Source of the DNA: Dimargaris cristalligena
Lineage: Eukaryota
Assembly (NCBI GenBank): GCA_003614675.1
Contig: ML002217.1
Coordinates: 1-64,000, forward strand
Direction of reading: 5' to 3'
DNA length: 64,000 nucleotides
Shown: in pieces, positions 1-12,400 of the stretch
How positions within the stretch are numbered: position 1 is the stretch's first letter
Layout of the letters: each line of letters begins with the position of its first letter
The notes under the pieces: generated by a model
Seen by the model: only the letters and a program-made list of their open reading frames with translations
What the model was told of the DNA's origin: nothing
Databases searched by the model: none
Translations under genes and position numbers: made by a program

Positions 1-786
1 CACCTTTCCCTTTTATTATCTATCTTTTCAAATAAAGTTCAGTTTTCAAGGATTTAAGTTCAGTTCTTTACAGCCTGCTTGGCCAAGTCTAAGCCCCACC
101 TACCATTAGAAGCCTATCCCTGGGACTCTTGATGGACTAAGAGTGGTAAACCCAGGTGACACTAGATATAGCTAATAAGTATCTACTTTAACTTAACCCA
201 GTGCATTACTCTCAATTAAAGACTTTTAACAGAAGTTGAACTACCCTTTATTTTATTTTTCCTTTTCTGCCTTTTATTACCACTCTTTAACTACTGTAGC
301 TTACCTACTCTATAATTCTAATGACAGGAGCCCAGGATCTGTACCCTCAGAATCATTTCTACCTTACCCCAGTATGCACTCTAGTAGTGGCTCTCACAGA
401 TTCAGGATCACCAAAGGTCCATTCCCCAGGTTTCCCATAACTACTCCAGGTATAGGCCCCTTGAAACCAACTTCCAGCAACCCCATCTTCTCAAACAAAG
501 ACAAGGGCATCAGCCCAACCCTCAGTCTTAATCCTGGGGCCCTTCAAAATGCCAACCTAACACCTATCACCAGACTAAGCTGATTCAAATGATGGGCCTT
601 TATAGTCTAGCACCACTCCCAAGCACAATAGTCTTTCAGAGGTGAAAGGTCTGGTGCAATGAGTTATGTTAATAGCATTAAACTCATAGTCTAATTTTAC
701 AGGATACCTCTGTACCATCCCACTGAGAGTTGGGGCTATGGGATATTGTTGACAGTTTTGATGCTCTAGGTAATATCTAGGTTATC
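1..786. other. CpG-free segment, probably a methylated and deaminated repeat or transposon relic running off the window edge
   Basis: No CG dinucleotide in positions 1-786 (first CG at 787-788) although C and G are abundant; the rest of the window is CpG-rich. No recognisable transposon protein motif. Confidence 0.5.
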
Positions 787-1309
787 CGTCAGGAGATAAT
801 TAAATATACTATAGTAAGTCATTTTTTCATTTTTAAAATACAAATTCAACTTCATGGATATGTGTAGTGCCATGAGAATGTCAGCTATCAGCCTTCAGTA
901 TCCGGCTATTAATTTGCCCGCTGATTCTTATGTTAATCTGACGATTAGTGAATATTACAATGCTTACAACCATTTTTTTAATCTAAAATAATCATTCCAA
1001 TTGATATGATGGGTTTTATGAGAAATTTTCCACGCCTTTCGGGAAGTCAGCACCTGATTTAGTATTCTATATTTATGTCAACGGCCATGTGTTGTGATGA
1101 TATTACGACGGTATTTAAACCTATTAATGACATTGTGTACTATTTATAATGGCCGATTTACGACCTCAGTTCGGGGAGCCCTCTTCCTGCAACGAAAGAC
1201 AATTTTGTTCATAATTCCTATTTCCTTTACGATTACTACTATCATAAATAACAATTAATAATATATTGCTTTACTCGAAAATACATAAACATTTAATACT
1301 TTCTCTTCA

Positions 1310-1516
1310 ATGTCGCGCCTCCCCATTTGTTCCTCTAGACCTAGCGTCCCACCTTCGTCCGGCCCGGGTACCCCGCCATCCACGCCCCAGCGCTCTGCAC
1401 CTGAGCAGGGCACACCAACTGGCATTTCGAATCCTAGCGGTGGATTGGATGACCCCGACGCCAATACATATGGGAGAGGTTCAGCCCGGCCGTTTAGCGG
1501 ATACCCCCTTGGATGA
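1310..1516 (+). CDS. Hypothetical 68-aa Pro/Ser/Gly-rich orphan protein
   Basis: ATG after an AT-rich leader, GC-rich ORF, upstream TATA-like (1141) and TCAGT Inr-like (1166-1170) elements. Same layout at 63531-63970. No known domain. Confidence 0.3.
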   Translation: MSRLPICSSRPSVPPSSGPGTPPSTPQRSAPEQGTPTGISNPSGGLDDPDANTYGRGSARPFSGYPLG

Positions 1517-3637
1517 AGCAAAAACTATTGGTTAAAAATAGATCACCCACCTATATTCGCATGTACATATCAGTTAAAACCTTATACATACAATAGCTGA
1601 CGCCAGTCATTGATGGCAGATAAGTATTATTAATATGATGGTATGGGTATAGATGATGAGGGGTTAAGAATAGAGAAAAAATCCCAGCAACAAGTGAAAT
1701 GGACAAACTATGAGGATATGTTTGGTAATTGAAGTTCCATTTGGTCGAGCAGCGATAGGTAGTACTGAAACGGATCGAGGGGAGATAGATCAATCCAGCA
1801 ATGGTCGACTCCGCAAGAGCAGCTGCTAATATACAACAGGAAAATGAGGAAAGTACAATAGAAGCATGGTTTATGCTGCAGAAAATACGAAATGATAAAT
1901 GGTATCATGAAAGAGAGTGGCGCCGAGGGCCATGGCAGCAGGAGGGTTGGCAAGAGCCATCTAGGGTAGGCGTGGAACAGGCAAGCGTGGACGAGTAAGG
2001 AAGAGCAGCGGGGTTAGTAAAATTAGAGGGCGTTGTGTTAGTACTTTGATGCTACAATAATACAAGAGGACAACCGTGTGGGAGTGGCTTATACGGCCAA
2101 TGGTATATAAGGGGGGGTGGTCTGCCAAAATTACCCAGTCTGACCGAGGTATTATAACGGCATAGAATCGGGAATCAGCGGTCTAATTAGTTTTAAAGTG
2201 GCCAGAGGTATATAGGAGGGGGTATGTCATATTCATGTGACGAGTCAAATGTGCCACAGGGTAGTTCCCACCATAGGCCGAGCTACGGGGTTTACCATAG
2301 TCCTAGAAGCCCGAGATAACGGCAGAACATTGTAGGGTCGGACTTACATAATACAATTCATGGTCTGTATATACCAGTTGCAGAGGAGGGAAGTGGCCGG
2401 GGAATGCGGCTCGGGACAGTCGGAGGTCGGGTGGGGTCGGTTGGCGTACGGGTAAAGAGGATGGTGTACGTTTGGTCGCTAATGTGGAATCGGTTGCGTT
2501 TGTACAGGGCCGTTGGACGGAAAAGCGGGGTGAATGGGGCGGGGTTGTTGTTGTTGGATTGCGTCAGGTCTCGAAGGGGTACGGTTGGATTCGTGCAAGG
2601 AGGGCGCGAACCGGTCGTTGCAATGCGTGGTGAGTATGGCGAGCACCAAAAAACGAAAAAAAAGCCAGGTAAACAACCCTGACTCCGAGATGAGATGGGA
2701 TGGAATGAGAACAAAAGTGGGAGCGCGGTAAAAAGACCAAGTTGGGAATATATGCAATACCCCACTGGAGAAGGAAAGGCGGAGGGATGGGGGAAGGGGG
2801 AATCGGCCTAAACGAATAGTGTGAGGGAGTAAGGCGATAATCAAACTAAACCAAGCCCTGTCGGGTGGTGGAATAGCGCCTACTAGAGGTAAACAAAATA
2901 CAAGGGTTATCGAAAACAAAGGGCTTATTATACACCTACAATATAATGGAGGTCGGTTTATAACATAGTCACTTAATTTGACAGCAATCCGGAGGGCCGT
3001 TTATATAAACAACGGGGGGCTGGCGTTCTGCCCCCCCCCCCCTCCGCCCCTTCGCTCTTTCACCATACTGTACCCTTAGGAATTCTAATGACTCGAAATG
3101 AAGCATATTCGAGGCTTCGCTCTTCTCTTCCTCAAAGCTTCGGGATTTACAGGGGGTGCCTCACAGTTGGGAACTATGGCAGCACTGCACTTCCTGAAAG
3201 ACCCCTCCCCCGTTAGCCGCCAGGGTTAGTGTGGCCTACAGCAATGGAGGGGGATATACGATGGTCTATACCGCCCAAGCGAACCCCCCCCTCTAGATCA
3301 GAACCAACTGGGCTCTCTTAATGAAATAGACTTGGAAAGGTTATAAACCTTTTTATTAGGAAAATAGTAGGAAAAGGATTATAGAAACAGCGATGATAAG
3401 ATAGGAGAATAGATGGCCGAGGTCAGCTCATATTTAAATGGAATGGGGATATAGGGGGGGCTTCTGGATAAAATATAAAATGATAAACAAGTAGGCATTG
3501 GTTCGGGTAGGGGGACAGACACAGTCGCCCATCTGACCCGAAAGTGCCGAGAGGCGGAAAACGACATTTTAAACCTATGAATTGTCAATGAGTATCTGAT
3601 GCAAAAAGGATTAGTGGGCACGGGTGGAGGAAAGGGT

Positions 3638-4486
3638 TTAAAAGAGGGCACCGGGGATCGTGAGTAGGGCCGACATGGCCACCATGGCGACCATTGGTAA
3701 GCCAAGGCTGCTGTAGCGGTCGGCGGCTGAAATCTCGGTATTGACTTCGGTCTCGGTTGCGGTATTGGAGGAAGTACCGCGGCGGGTGCTAGTGGCGGTC
3801 GGAGTAATAGTGGCAATGGACGACGAGGTGTGCGAGGATGTGTCCGAGGACAAGGTATGGGACGAGGTGTGAGACGAAGTGTCGGAGTGAGTAGACGTTG
3901 TTTGGTGGCTGGACGTCTCGCTGTCGGAGGTGTCCGAAGCATCGGAGGTTTCGGAGGTCGCCGACAAGTCGGAAGTCTCGGTAAGGTCGGTAGTCGCTTC
4001 CGCGGTGTCCGTAAGGTCCGAGGTCTGGGTGGCCGAGGTGATGCCGGTTGTGAAGATTTCCGTTTCGGAATCCGAATCGGTCGCCGAGGCAGTAGAACGG
4101 GTTCTGAACAGATCGTCAGACGCGGTGGAATCAACGTCATCAGTGCCACTAAAGGTATCGGTGAAGTCGTCGGTGTTGCTGGCATCGCTGAAGCTATCGG
4201 TGTTATTGGCATCGCTGAAGATATCGGTGGGGTCTTCGGTATCAATAGCCGTTTCAAAGGCGGTAAAGGCGGAGTTTGTCAGCTGCGGGGAGGCCGCGAC
4301 AATGCTGGAAAAGACTTCGGGGATTCCACTGGTCACCGACGGAGGCAAAGTGGCCAGGGCACTGGCGATATCGTCCGGGAGGTTGGGCAGGATGGATCGG
4401 ATGTCGTCCACCAGATCCGGACGGGGGGAAGCGGCCACCTGGGCCGCGAAGAGGCAGGCTAGGGCGGCAGCGGACTTGGAGTACAT
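3638..4486 (-). CDS. Secreted Ser/Thr/Asp-rich, probably GPI-anchored cell-surface or cell-wall protein (282 aa)
   Basis: Signal peptide MYSKSAAALACLFAAQVAA, long S/T/D-rich mucin-like stalk with internal repeats (FSDAxNTD; SSHT), small-residue omega region (SAA) followed by a hydrophobic C-terminus LGLPMVAMVAMSALLTIPGALF. Intronless; TATA-like element on the minus strand near 4700. Confidence 0.85.
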   Translation of the reverse strand: MYSKSAAALACLFAAQVAASPRPDLVDDIRSILPNLPDDIASALATLPPSVTSGIPEVFSSIVAASPQLTNSAFTAFETAIDTEDPTDIFSDANNTDSFSDASNTDDFTDTFSGTDDVDSTASDDLFRTRSTASATDSDSETEIFTTGITSATQTSDLTDTAEATTDLTETSDLSATSETSDASDTSDSETSSHQTTSTHSDTSSHTSSHTLSSDTSSHTSSSIATITPTATSTRRGTSSNTATETEVNTEISAADRYSSLGLPMVAMVAMSALLTIPGALF

Positions 4487-7236
4487 TGTAGTGGAAGATT
4501 AGGGGGGAGATAAGGGATAGATGGAGGAGGACGAGGAGAGGGGTACAGATGAGGGATACACAGCTAGGAGATGGACAGATGGGGGAATTATCGGGAACGA
4601 ACGTTGAGTAGGCACAGTAAACAGTAAGGGGAGGGGGGAATAGCAAGCGTCAGGCAACCATGCGGGTGGGGACCGGGGTGGCCACCGCATCATACTTATA
4701 TAGCCCGGCTCTACCTAGAACGGGGGGGATGGAGATGATTTCCGAGGTAGAAAAAAAGGGGTACAATAACAACAGAGTGACTAGCAGCTGCTGGACATTG
4801 AAAAAGCCGAACTCCTCGTTCTTCTCCACATCCATGGTGGTTCTCCTGCCCGGCAAAGCGTCATCCTTACCGCCCAGGATTCTGTGGAAGACGACTACAC
4901 CAATCATTCCTATTATTTATTAATAGCCCATACCGCCGGCTCCGTAGTGTTGCTGGCTGCGGGAAAAGCCGAGGGGGAATAGGTGGGACTATGACTTTGC
5001 CCTCCTCCCACCTTATCGTCTTGTTCAATACAACAGCATGGGGCTCCCCCTCCAGTCCAGTCCAACTTCCTATTCCAAAAGCCCCGCGCGTCGGCTGTTC
5101 CCAATCCCTCCTACTTAGCAAACTCATACAACCGCCAAAGATTCCCTCTTCAAACGCATGTCTCTGTGTCGTATTCACTCTCGCGCCATTTCATTCCTGG
5201 GCCTATTCCATGCACCCGTCGGCATGAAACGAAATACTCAGCGCTGCTTGATGTACATTCTGCCGCTTTCCTTGTCTAAAAGCACCCTCCCAACCAAGGA
5301 GGTGCAGACCAGAGCCCATACTCCACTATGAACCCCCCCTCCTCCGCCTTCCGTTCAGCGCAGAAATAGGGACAAGGGGACCGGCTCATTAATTCTGGGT
5401 AACCGAACTTTGAGTATATTCGCGGGGAGAGCATAGGAGAGGCGCTCAACATTGACCTACAGCTTAAACAAACCGGTCCAGAACTCCTCAAGGCCCGGGG
5501 AGGGGTTTCGCCTCTCCGTCCTTCTGGCAACAATCGCATGCACCCTCCTCCCTTTCCGTTCGCCCCCAACCTCGACCCTGCCTCATCTGCTTCCGGTAGG
5601 CGGGGGCAATTTATGTGCGAATTCGCGCAATCCATGCACCCTCACCAGTTGAGAAAAAAACAGAATTGGTGAAACACCACCTTTACCAATTTGATTTCAA
5701 AGTTAAACTAGGGCAAAACGTACAGCTATAGAACATGGCGGGGGCGCCTGCCATTACCACATTTTACCGCCATCATCACCATTATCAATTTGACATTTCG
5801 CGATTGCCCGTTTGTATCGGGTTGGTGGCTAAACACCCGTACCCTGGTCAGCCCTTCTTAATCCGTTCGCACTGTGGGTTCATCCGGCCATCCATCGTGC
5901 GGAATCTCAACGATCCTGCCCATCATTGGCCCACCACTGTTCATCCTCTGGCAAAAATCTAGTATAGACAGGCATATTGTTGCCATCTTGGTCATCCACG
6001 GCAAATGGGGCCACTGGTGGGAGGGGCAGGCGGTCTTTGACTGACTGACTAGGACCATGTCGGTTGGTTGAATAGCACACAATGAGCAAACCCCATCCGC
6101 CCAGGTGATTGGAGGGAGTAGGGTCCCAGCGGTCTTCTAGAACCCCAATATCAAAAGAGGCCAAGAAAGTTGGAATTGCCTTTTTGACGTGCCGCCCAAT
6201 CTATTTATATCGGCTTTATCACAGGGTTGACGTGGACTTGGCATTCCCCGGGACCAGCGTGAGTATGTGCTGTGGGAGGGGCGTCCATGTGGAGGGAGGG
6301 GGGCTGGCTATCCCATCAATAAACAGCAGAAGCAGCTGCGATCCGCATCAAGGGAGTTGGATTGCCCTGGTATTACCCTCGCCGGTACAACTACTGACAC
6401 CCGGTCGGCCTTCAAAAGAACACATCCTTAAATAACGAACCCTGGCCCCACCCACTTCTGACGAGCCGAGTAAACCTCTCCAGAGATTCGACGGGCTTTT
6501 ACACGCTTCTTGGCACTCCTCCCCCCTCCAGATCCCATCCCGTCCGCGCTGCTCTCCTCGCGTCTTTGTATACCCGGCAGCTTACCCAAAACGCCGATTT
6601 GTTGATCTGATTCAGCCCGCTGGGACATTCGGTGGCACTGTGAATCACACGCACCACCACTTCCCCCTTTTTCCCTGGCCATTCATCTCCTCTTGCTTCC
6701 TTTCCCATCCCCCCCTTACCCAAGTCCGCTTCGTCATTTAAGTGAGTTGGGCGTAAATGTAGGAATAAGTAAATAAATAGAAAAAAAAGATAAACCCCGT
6801 CTCTTCCTCCATGTGCGGAACCCATTGGATTTTGGAATTAGTAATGGTATCGAGGAACTCGGATAATTCCGACCGACTGGAGATCCTCTCCAGCTCCTAA
6901 CATTCGGGCATACGCTGAGTGTAGGCATTCTAACAACTGCTGCAACCGACCACAATAACCAGTCAGTTCCAATTGAATCGCCAGTATTAGATATTCCCAA
7001 CCCCACCTGCCATTGCACAACCAGGTCCTGCACCACTGAGCAGCAGCAGCCGCCACCGAAATATCACCCCCCCCCCCCACCCCACATCATGGCGCAAAAA
7101 TTTAAACAACCTAAAATAAAATAAAATAAACTAAACTAAACCAAACCAGGCCGTGTATTGGCCGTATGCAACCTTTATCATCCAAAATCAGATTATTAGC
7201 CATGGAGAAGATGGGTCAGACCCCGGCATTCCCATC

Positions 7237-8838
7237 CTAATCATCACCAAAGTGAATATGGGTCCCTGTAGAAGGCGGAGGCTGTCCGCTGGGCATTTCC
7301 GGATCGGTTTGGGCCGAGTGGCTGTGGTCATGACCTGTCTGACGACTGGTTTGCTGCGCATGCCACAGGGATCGCACTATGTTCCAGTAGTGCAACTCCT
7401 CTTTACCTTGCAGTACTTTGGCTCGCAGGAGTAGAGGTGGCTCGGCCTGGGTGGGTTTGCCGCCGGCCAAGGGTGGTTTGGTAGTTGCCGAAGAAGAAAT
7501 GAGTTCAGTAGGCCCATCGATATCCATGGATACCTCAGATTTGCTCGATTGGGCATCAGCAAGGTCGCAGTTGCTGTTACCGTCGCGTTCGCCAGAACCA
7601 GCGGGGGTGGGTTTCGTCCCGCCCGGGAGGAGGGTCGCATCATTCTTCGCCCAAGCCTCCGGGGTCGCGTGGTAGACCCAATGAGTGGCAAAATAAGCCA
7701 CACAGCGCTGGGCCGCGGCAGGTTCGACAAATCGGAGGTACCCACTGACCTGGCCCCGGGTATAATCCACGTGTTCAATAGTTCCGAAGGGTCCCCCAAA
7801 AAGATCGGCCAGTCCCTCCCGCACGCTATGGGGATGCAGGCCGTGCACTCGGACAATAGTGCCCTCTGTGAAGGTCACAGGTCGCCGACGCTGCTTAATC
7901 TGTTCGTCCACGCGGACCCGGCTATCTTTGAGGTGTTGTTTGTATTCGTCCCGATAGGCTTGCCACCGCTGTCTGTGTATAAAGTAGTCAGCCCCCCCCC
8001 CCAATATTACATTGGTGGTACGCCAAGGTGACACCGTGTTAAAAGAATGACCGGAAAAATATAGAATACCATAGATACATGGTCACCCAAACCGAATTTA
8101 AATGGTGAGTAGACGGTTACGGAAATCGTGTGGGCGGTGTTTAGAAATACAACCTTGGTAGCCGCTCACCAGGCCAAGGGAGACCCTGCCTCTCCCGGAT
8201 TTAGAAATTAGATGATATCCATGGTCATCAGCTTGTGACTTATCCCATGTATTTTCCTAATAACAATAATTGTATCCAATAGCTAATGACGCAACTAAAT
8301 AAATAATGATATCATGGATTAAGAAAATGGTAAACAAAGACTGGTTCTATACATTACTTTGACATCACTCGAAGACCTAATTGTTGTATTTCGGGGGTGG
8401 CCTCAATGCCCCCGGATAATGGAACCACATCCTGAGGGTCAGGATTGCAATTGAACATGCGAATGGCCGCCAAGACACCCTCCCGCTGGGCGTAGCGTAC
8501 AAAAGCAAAACCAAGGAATCGCTTGTCGGGTCCGTATTGGAAGGCAATGTATTCTACTGGTCCACTCGTGGCGAAGAGCTGCCGGGCTGTTGCTATAGTA
8601 TTATACGGCGGCCGAATCGTTTCCTAAATCATCCCCAAGCCAATCCATATAACTTGTTTAATTAAAAAAAAACTGGCCGACCATTGCCACCGACTGCTCG
8701 GTGAAATAACGGTAGTATTCAAATGAAAATATAATTACATTGATCCAACCGAGCACACCAAACCGGGTGTACATAGCGGGGCTTACATTAACTTACCACA
8801 TATATCGACCTGGTGTCTTGGGCGGCCGTGTCGGCCAT
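7237..8838 (-). CDS. LARP7/p65/Pof8-like La-related RNA-binding protein (RRM + C-terminal xRRM), ~347 aa; exons 8838-8797, 8623-8358, 7972-7237
   Basis: Spliced frame is open with GT-AG introns. RRM1 RSIYV|E...RFLGFAFVRY; LARP7-like LRVMSK|QRWQAYRDEY; xRRM signature EGTIVRV...IEHVDYTRGQVSGYLRF...VLQGKEELHYW. Start ATG in ACCATGG context; an upstream exon cannot be excluded. Confidence 0.8.
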
Positions 8839-9416
8839 GGTCAACAATCCGCCTCCTATTGAACGAAGGAATTTCTCCGAGAATTTTCAATCCGAGTCGC
8901 CTGTCGAAGGGAATGCGCTGAATAGGCGACTGGGACTCAGGCAGTGGGTGAATCGGTCGATAATACGGGGTGTTATTACAGTGGAAGCAATGCCAGAACT
9001 AAGTGGATTCGTGCGGGCAACGGCGGAGTATTTGAGAAAGGCAAACATTCAGCATGTGAAACAGTGCCGCCAATCCACTTATCCACCTACTTTTGTAAAA
9101 GTTGGCCTAGCTGATTAGGTGTCCATCTCCATTTGATGGAAGAGACTGTCAAAACCTCCCTCCCTTGTATTGCCAAGTTACACCGGCCCATGTTCTAGGG
9201 ACTGAAATCTCTTAAGGAGGATAGGAATGTGTTGGGAAATGCCAACAAGTCTGGCCTTGCTTTCTTAATGAAACTCCTCTACCTTCGCATGTCCTTTTGC
9301 CTTTCCATTCTTTGACCTTGTATTGTGGGTGGTTGTACTTCTACCAAAGTACTCTTTCAAGCGGCTCTAGTTTACTTACTTGTTCATAAGCATCGTTTAA
9401 CTCCACCCTGCTTACC

Positions 9417-12400
9417 ATGTCAACCACTAACCAGGAAACAGCGGCTCAGCCGAAGCCAACCACCGTGACAGGTGAGCCCCTTTATCTATTACCCACCGAC
9501 ACTGTTAAGCACCCGCTAGGTCTAGACCACCCCTATACGACAATATGACAATATGGGCCTAGGACCGCCGGCCAATTCCATGGCCTAGGAAGTATCTAAA
9601 CCGGGTACACTAATCAGACCCCTCCATCCGTCCCGAATTCGTCCATCCGAAAACCGCTATACTTTTACCAGAGACCGCGGAGGAAATGACCGCCCGTCAC
9701 CGGAAAGAGCAGCGGGAGCTCATCGGCATTGTCACGGGGCTAAAAAAGCAAGCCAAGAATGAGAAGAAGCGGAAGAAGGAAATTTTGGAGCAGATTAGCA
9801 CCCTCGAAACGGAACTCCAGAAACGACAGGCCGAAGAAGTGGCTGCATTACACAGCGCGACTTCGACACCCACCATCTCAACGGCATCCGAGATTTCCCA
9901 ACTCGAACGGTCCATGGGTGGCTTGTACACAAGTACGAGGCGTAGTTCGGATGCCCAAGAGGATGGATCGGGCCGAAAACCTAGTCGACAAAAGAAGCGG
10001 CTGGTAAGTGGGATTGCTCAGGATCGGCTAAGCCTCTGTCCAACTGGTTGATTTTTGTATATACGTATTTCAGGTTTGGCCATGGATCAGGACTATATTA
10101 ATGTGCGCTATAGCATTCCGAAAATCGGTTTATTTAATGCCAAGTTTAAGATGGCCGGTATCGCTAAATCCGCCTCCCCTAGGACCCTGCAAATCGTTTT
10201 CAATCGACCCTTGACAAGCCCATGGACTATGTCTATCACCGTTTAATTAATTGATCTTTACGTTGTTCTTGGATCACCACCCATACAGGATAAACGGGCG
10301 GCAAAGATGGCTCAAATCCAAGAAGAAGCCGCGTCCGAGGCCGCCGGCCAAATCAACATGGAAGAGGTCGAGAATCGGGCCATCGCCGATCTTCTCAAGG
10401 TCAATAAGTTGACGCTCAAAGAGGTATGTAGGCCTTTTGGTTCCGTAGAGATTTAACCTGCTTTGATGACCCAACCCATGGGCCAGTCTCTAATGAACAC
10501 TACTCTTACACCAGAGAATACCGCTGTCGGGTTAATTGCGGAACGCCTGATGGCCCATTGGACAGTCTGGAAAGCGAATCGGTGAGACAGGCATCTTGTC
10601 CGGTTGGTCAGTAAGGCTTTTGATTTTAATGTGATGAAGAGATACTCGCAACATTCCCACTCACAGCCAATTTCTTAAACACGTTTTGTTTCCAATTACC
10701 ATGATACACCTGTCCCGAAACCAACCCCGAAACCAACCGGCCACTATTGGTACATATCCCTCGACGTAGGTGGAGTCCGATGGTCACTGGTAAGCCTAAA
10801 TTGTATATGTATTTTATTGGTAAGCAGTAGTAATTAATGCCTTGGACAAAGTGCCATGGTCACTTGGCCCGGGATCTTATTGCCCAATGCCAAGCCACCC
10901 GGCCATTTCGGGGTATACTAGAATGTCTTCCTTTATTATGACATTAATCCCCAAGTCCCCCAATATTGTTTATACGTCATTTTTTAAATTAAAAATATGG
11001 TAACATTAGTCTATTCCGGGCGGTGGCAGATCAGTTAGCCGAATATCACCATATTCGGGATGACTTCATGGAGTTGCGCCGCAAGGCGGCCGACTACATG
11101 AGGGCCCACAAGGACGATTTTATTCCATTTCTGGTGAATAGTACGGGTGACATCCTATCCAACGGTACGTTTATTTGATTTGCTTTGAGTGTTTTGGTAC
11201 TTGGTCTTATTGGGCCGATGGCTAAGTGGAGGGCGACTGGTGAAAAAAAACCATACCTCGGCTATTTTCAAAGCCAAGCCCGGCTGTTACTGAAATACAA
11301 TAATACATCCTTCGAAACCATGAGAAGTATTGATTCTGGCCCATTTGTTAATCGACAGAATCATGGAAAAAAATATTTCACCTATTGCTCACCCCACTCA
11401 ATCACCTCCATCTTCTCCAATATGGCCATATTGCTTCGGCTCTTAATATCACCGACGGAACATATCGGGCCTTATCAACGCTGGTTCTAACCCCAGAGGA
11501 ATTTGTCGAGTATTGCCATGAACTTGAGACGACGGCGGTTTGGGGCGGTGAACCTGAGGTAAGTCAGTGCAGTGTACGGAAATTATTCCACACCTGCATC
11601 TATGGTTTTGAATTTGAATGGCATTCGTTGGTGTACCATATTGAGCTCAGCAATTATACTCAAAAGGCCAAAGCATGCCAATTTGTCCCCGCGATTCGAT
11701 GCGTGGATCAGCCAAGCACTACTACCGTTTTTTTTTAAAAAAAACAACAAAAAAGGCCGAAGGACTGGATACATCACCACTGAGACGAGCTTGACAAGCC
11801 AGTAGCCCCATTTACATGTGAGATTCTCAAATATAGGCGAAGCGCAAGTATAATGATGACTGTAGCAATGGCTTTTGGAAGACACATGATGCTGACCGTC
11901 CATGGCGCGATGGCATGCTTGGTATCTCAACCGTGAATGCCTTGGGAACAATGTTGGATGTTACAATGCGAGTTATGTATGATGTCCAACGACCTTCCCA
12001 TCGGATTATCACACATCCTATCCTTTTCGCTCATCTCGGCTGACTTTTTGTGTGAACTAAATCGGACGGATCGACACCAAACAAGTCCCCAGGCCAACTG
12101 ATTGCCCTATATTTTAATATAGTCCAAACATTGTTCTCACGGATTTTGCCTAAGCCATGTCACTAACCACTCCCACCACCGAAGTATGTATCATCTGTGC
12201 TGCACCATTCCCCGCCCCCGCCTATTGCTACTCCTCCCGTACGAACTCCCCTTCCCTCCCCCAAGATCCTGGCCCTGGCCCACGTCTACAAGCTTCCAGT
12301 CCATATTATTCAAATGGGATCCCCCACCCTCAAGATTGGTGACGAGTACCCCGCACATGACCCGATTCGCCTCTCGTAAGTGCTGCTTGAACGAAGATCA

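Noticed and set aside
3379-4502. Long overlapping ORFs (3379-4257 -, 3830-4462 +, 3930-4502 +)
   Set aside because: Shadow frames of the GC-rich, repetitive GPI-protein gene; no independent motifs.
10477-10561. TGGGCCA...CTGA-TGGCCCA stem in OTU2 intron 3 as a C/D snoRNA
   Set aside because: No canonical box C next to the 5' stem; the pairing may arise by chance from the GGCC palindrome.
11853-11895. Box C (ATGATGA) and box D (CTGA) in OTU2 intron 6 as a snoRNA
   Set aside because: Only ~43 nt span, no terminal stem, no recognisable rRNA guide.
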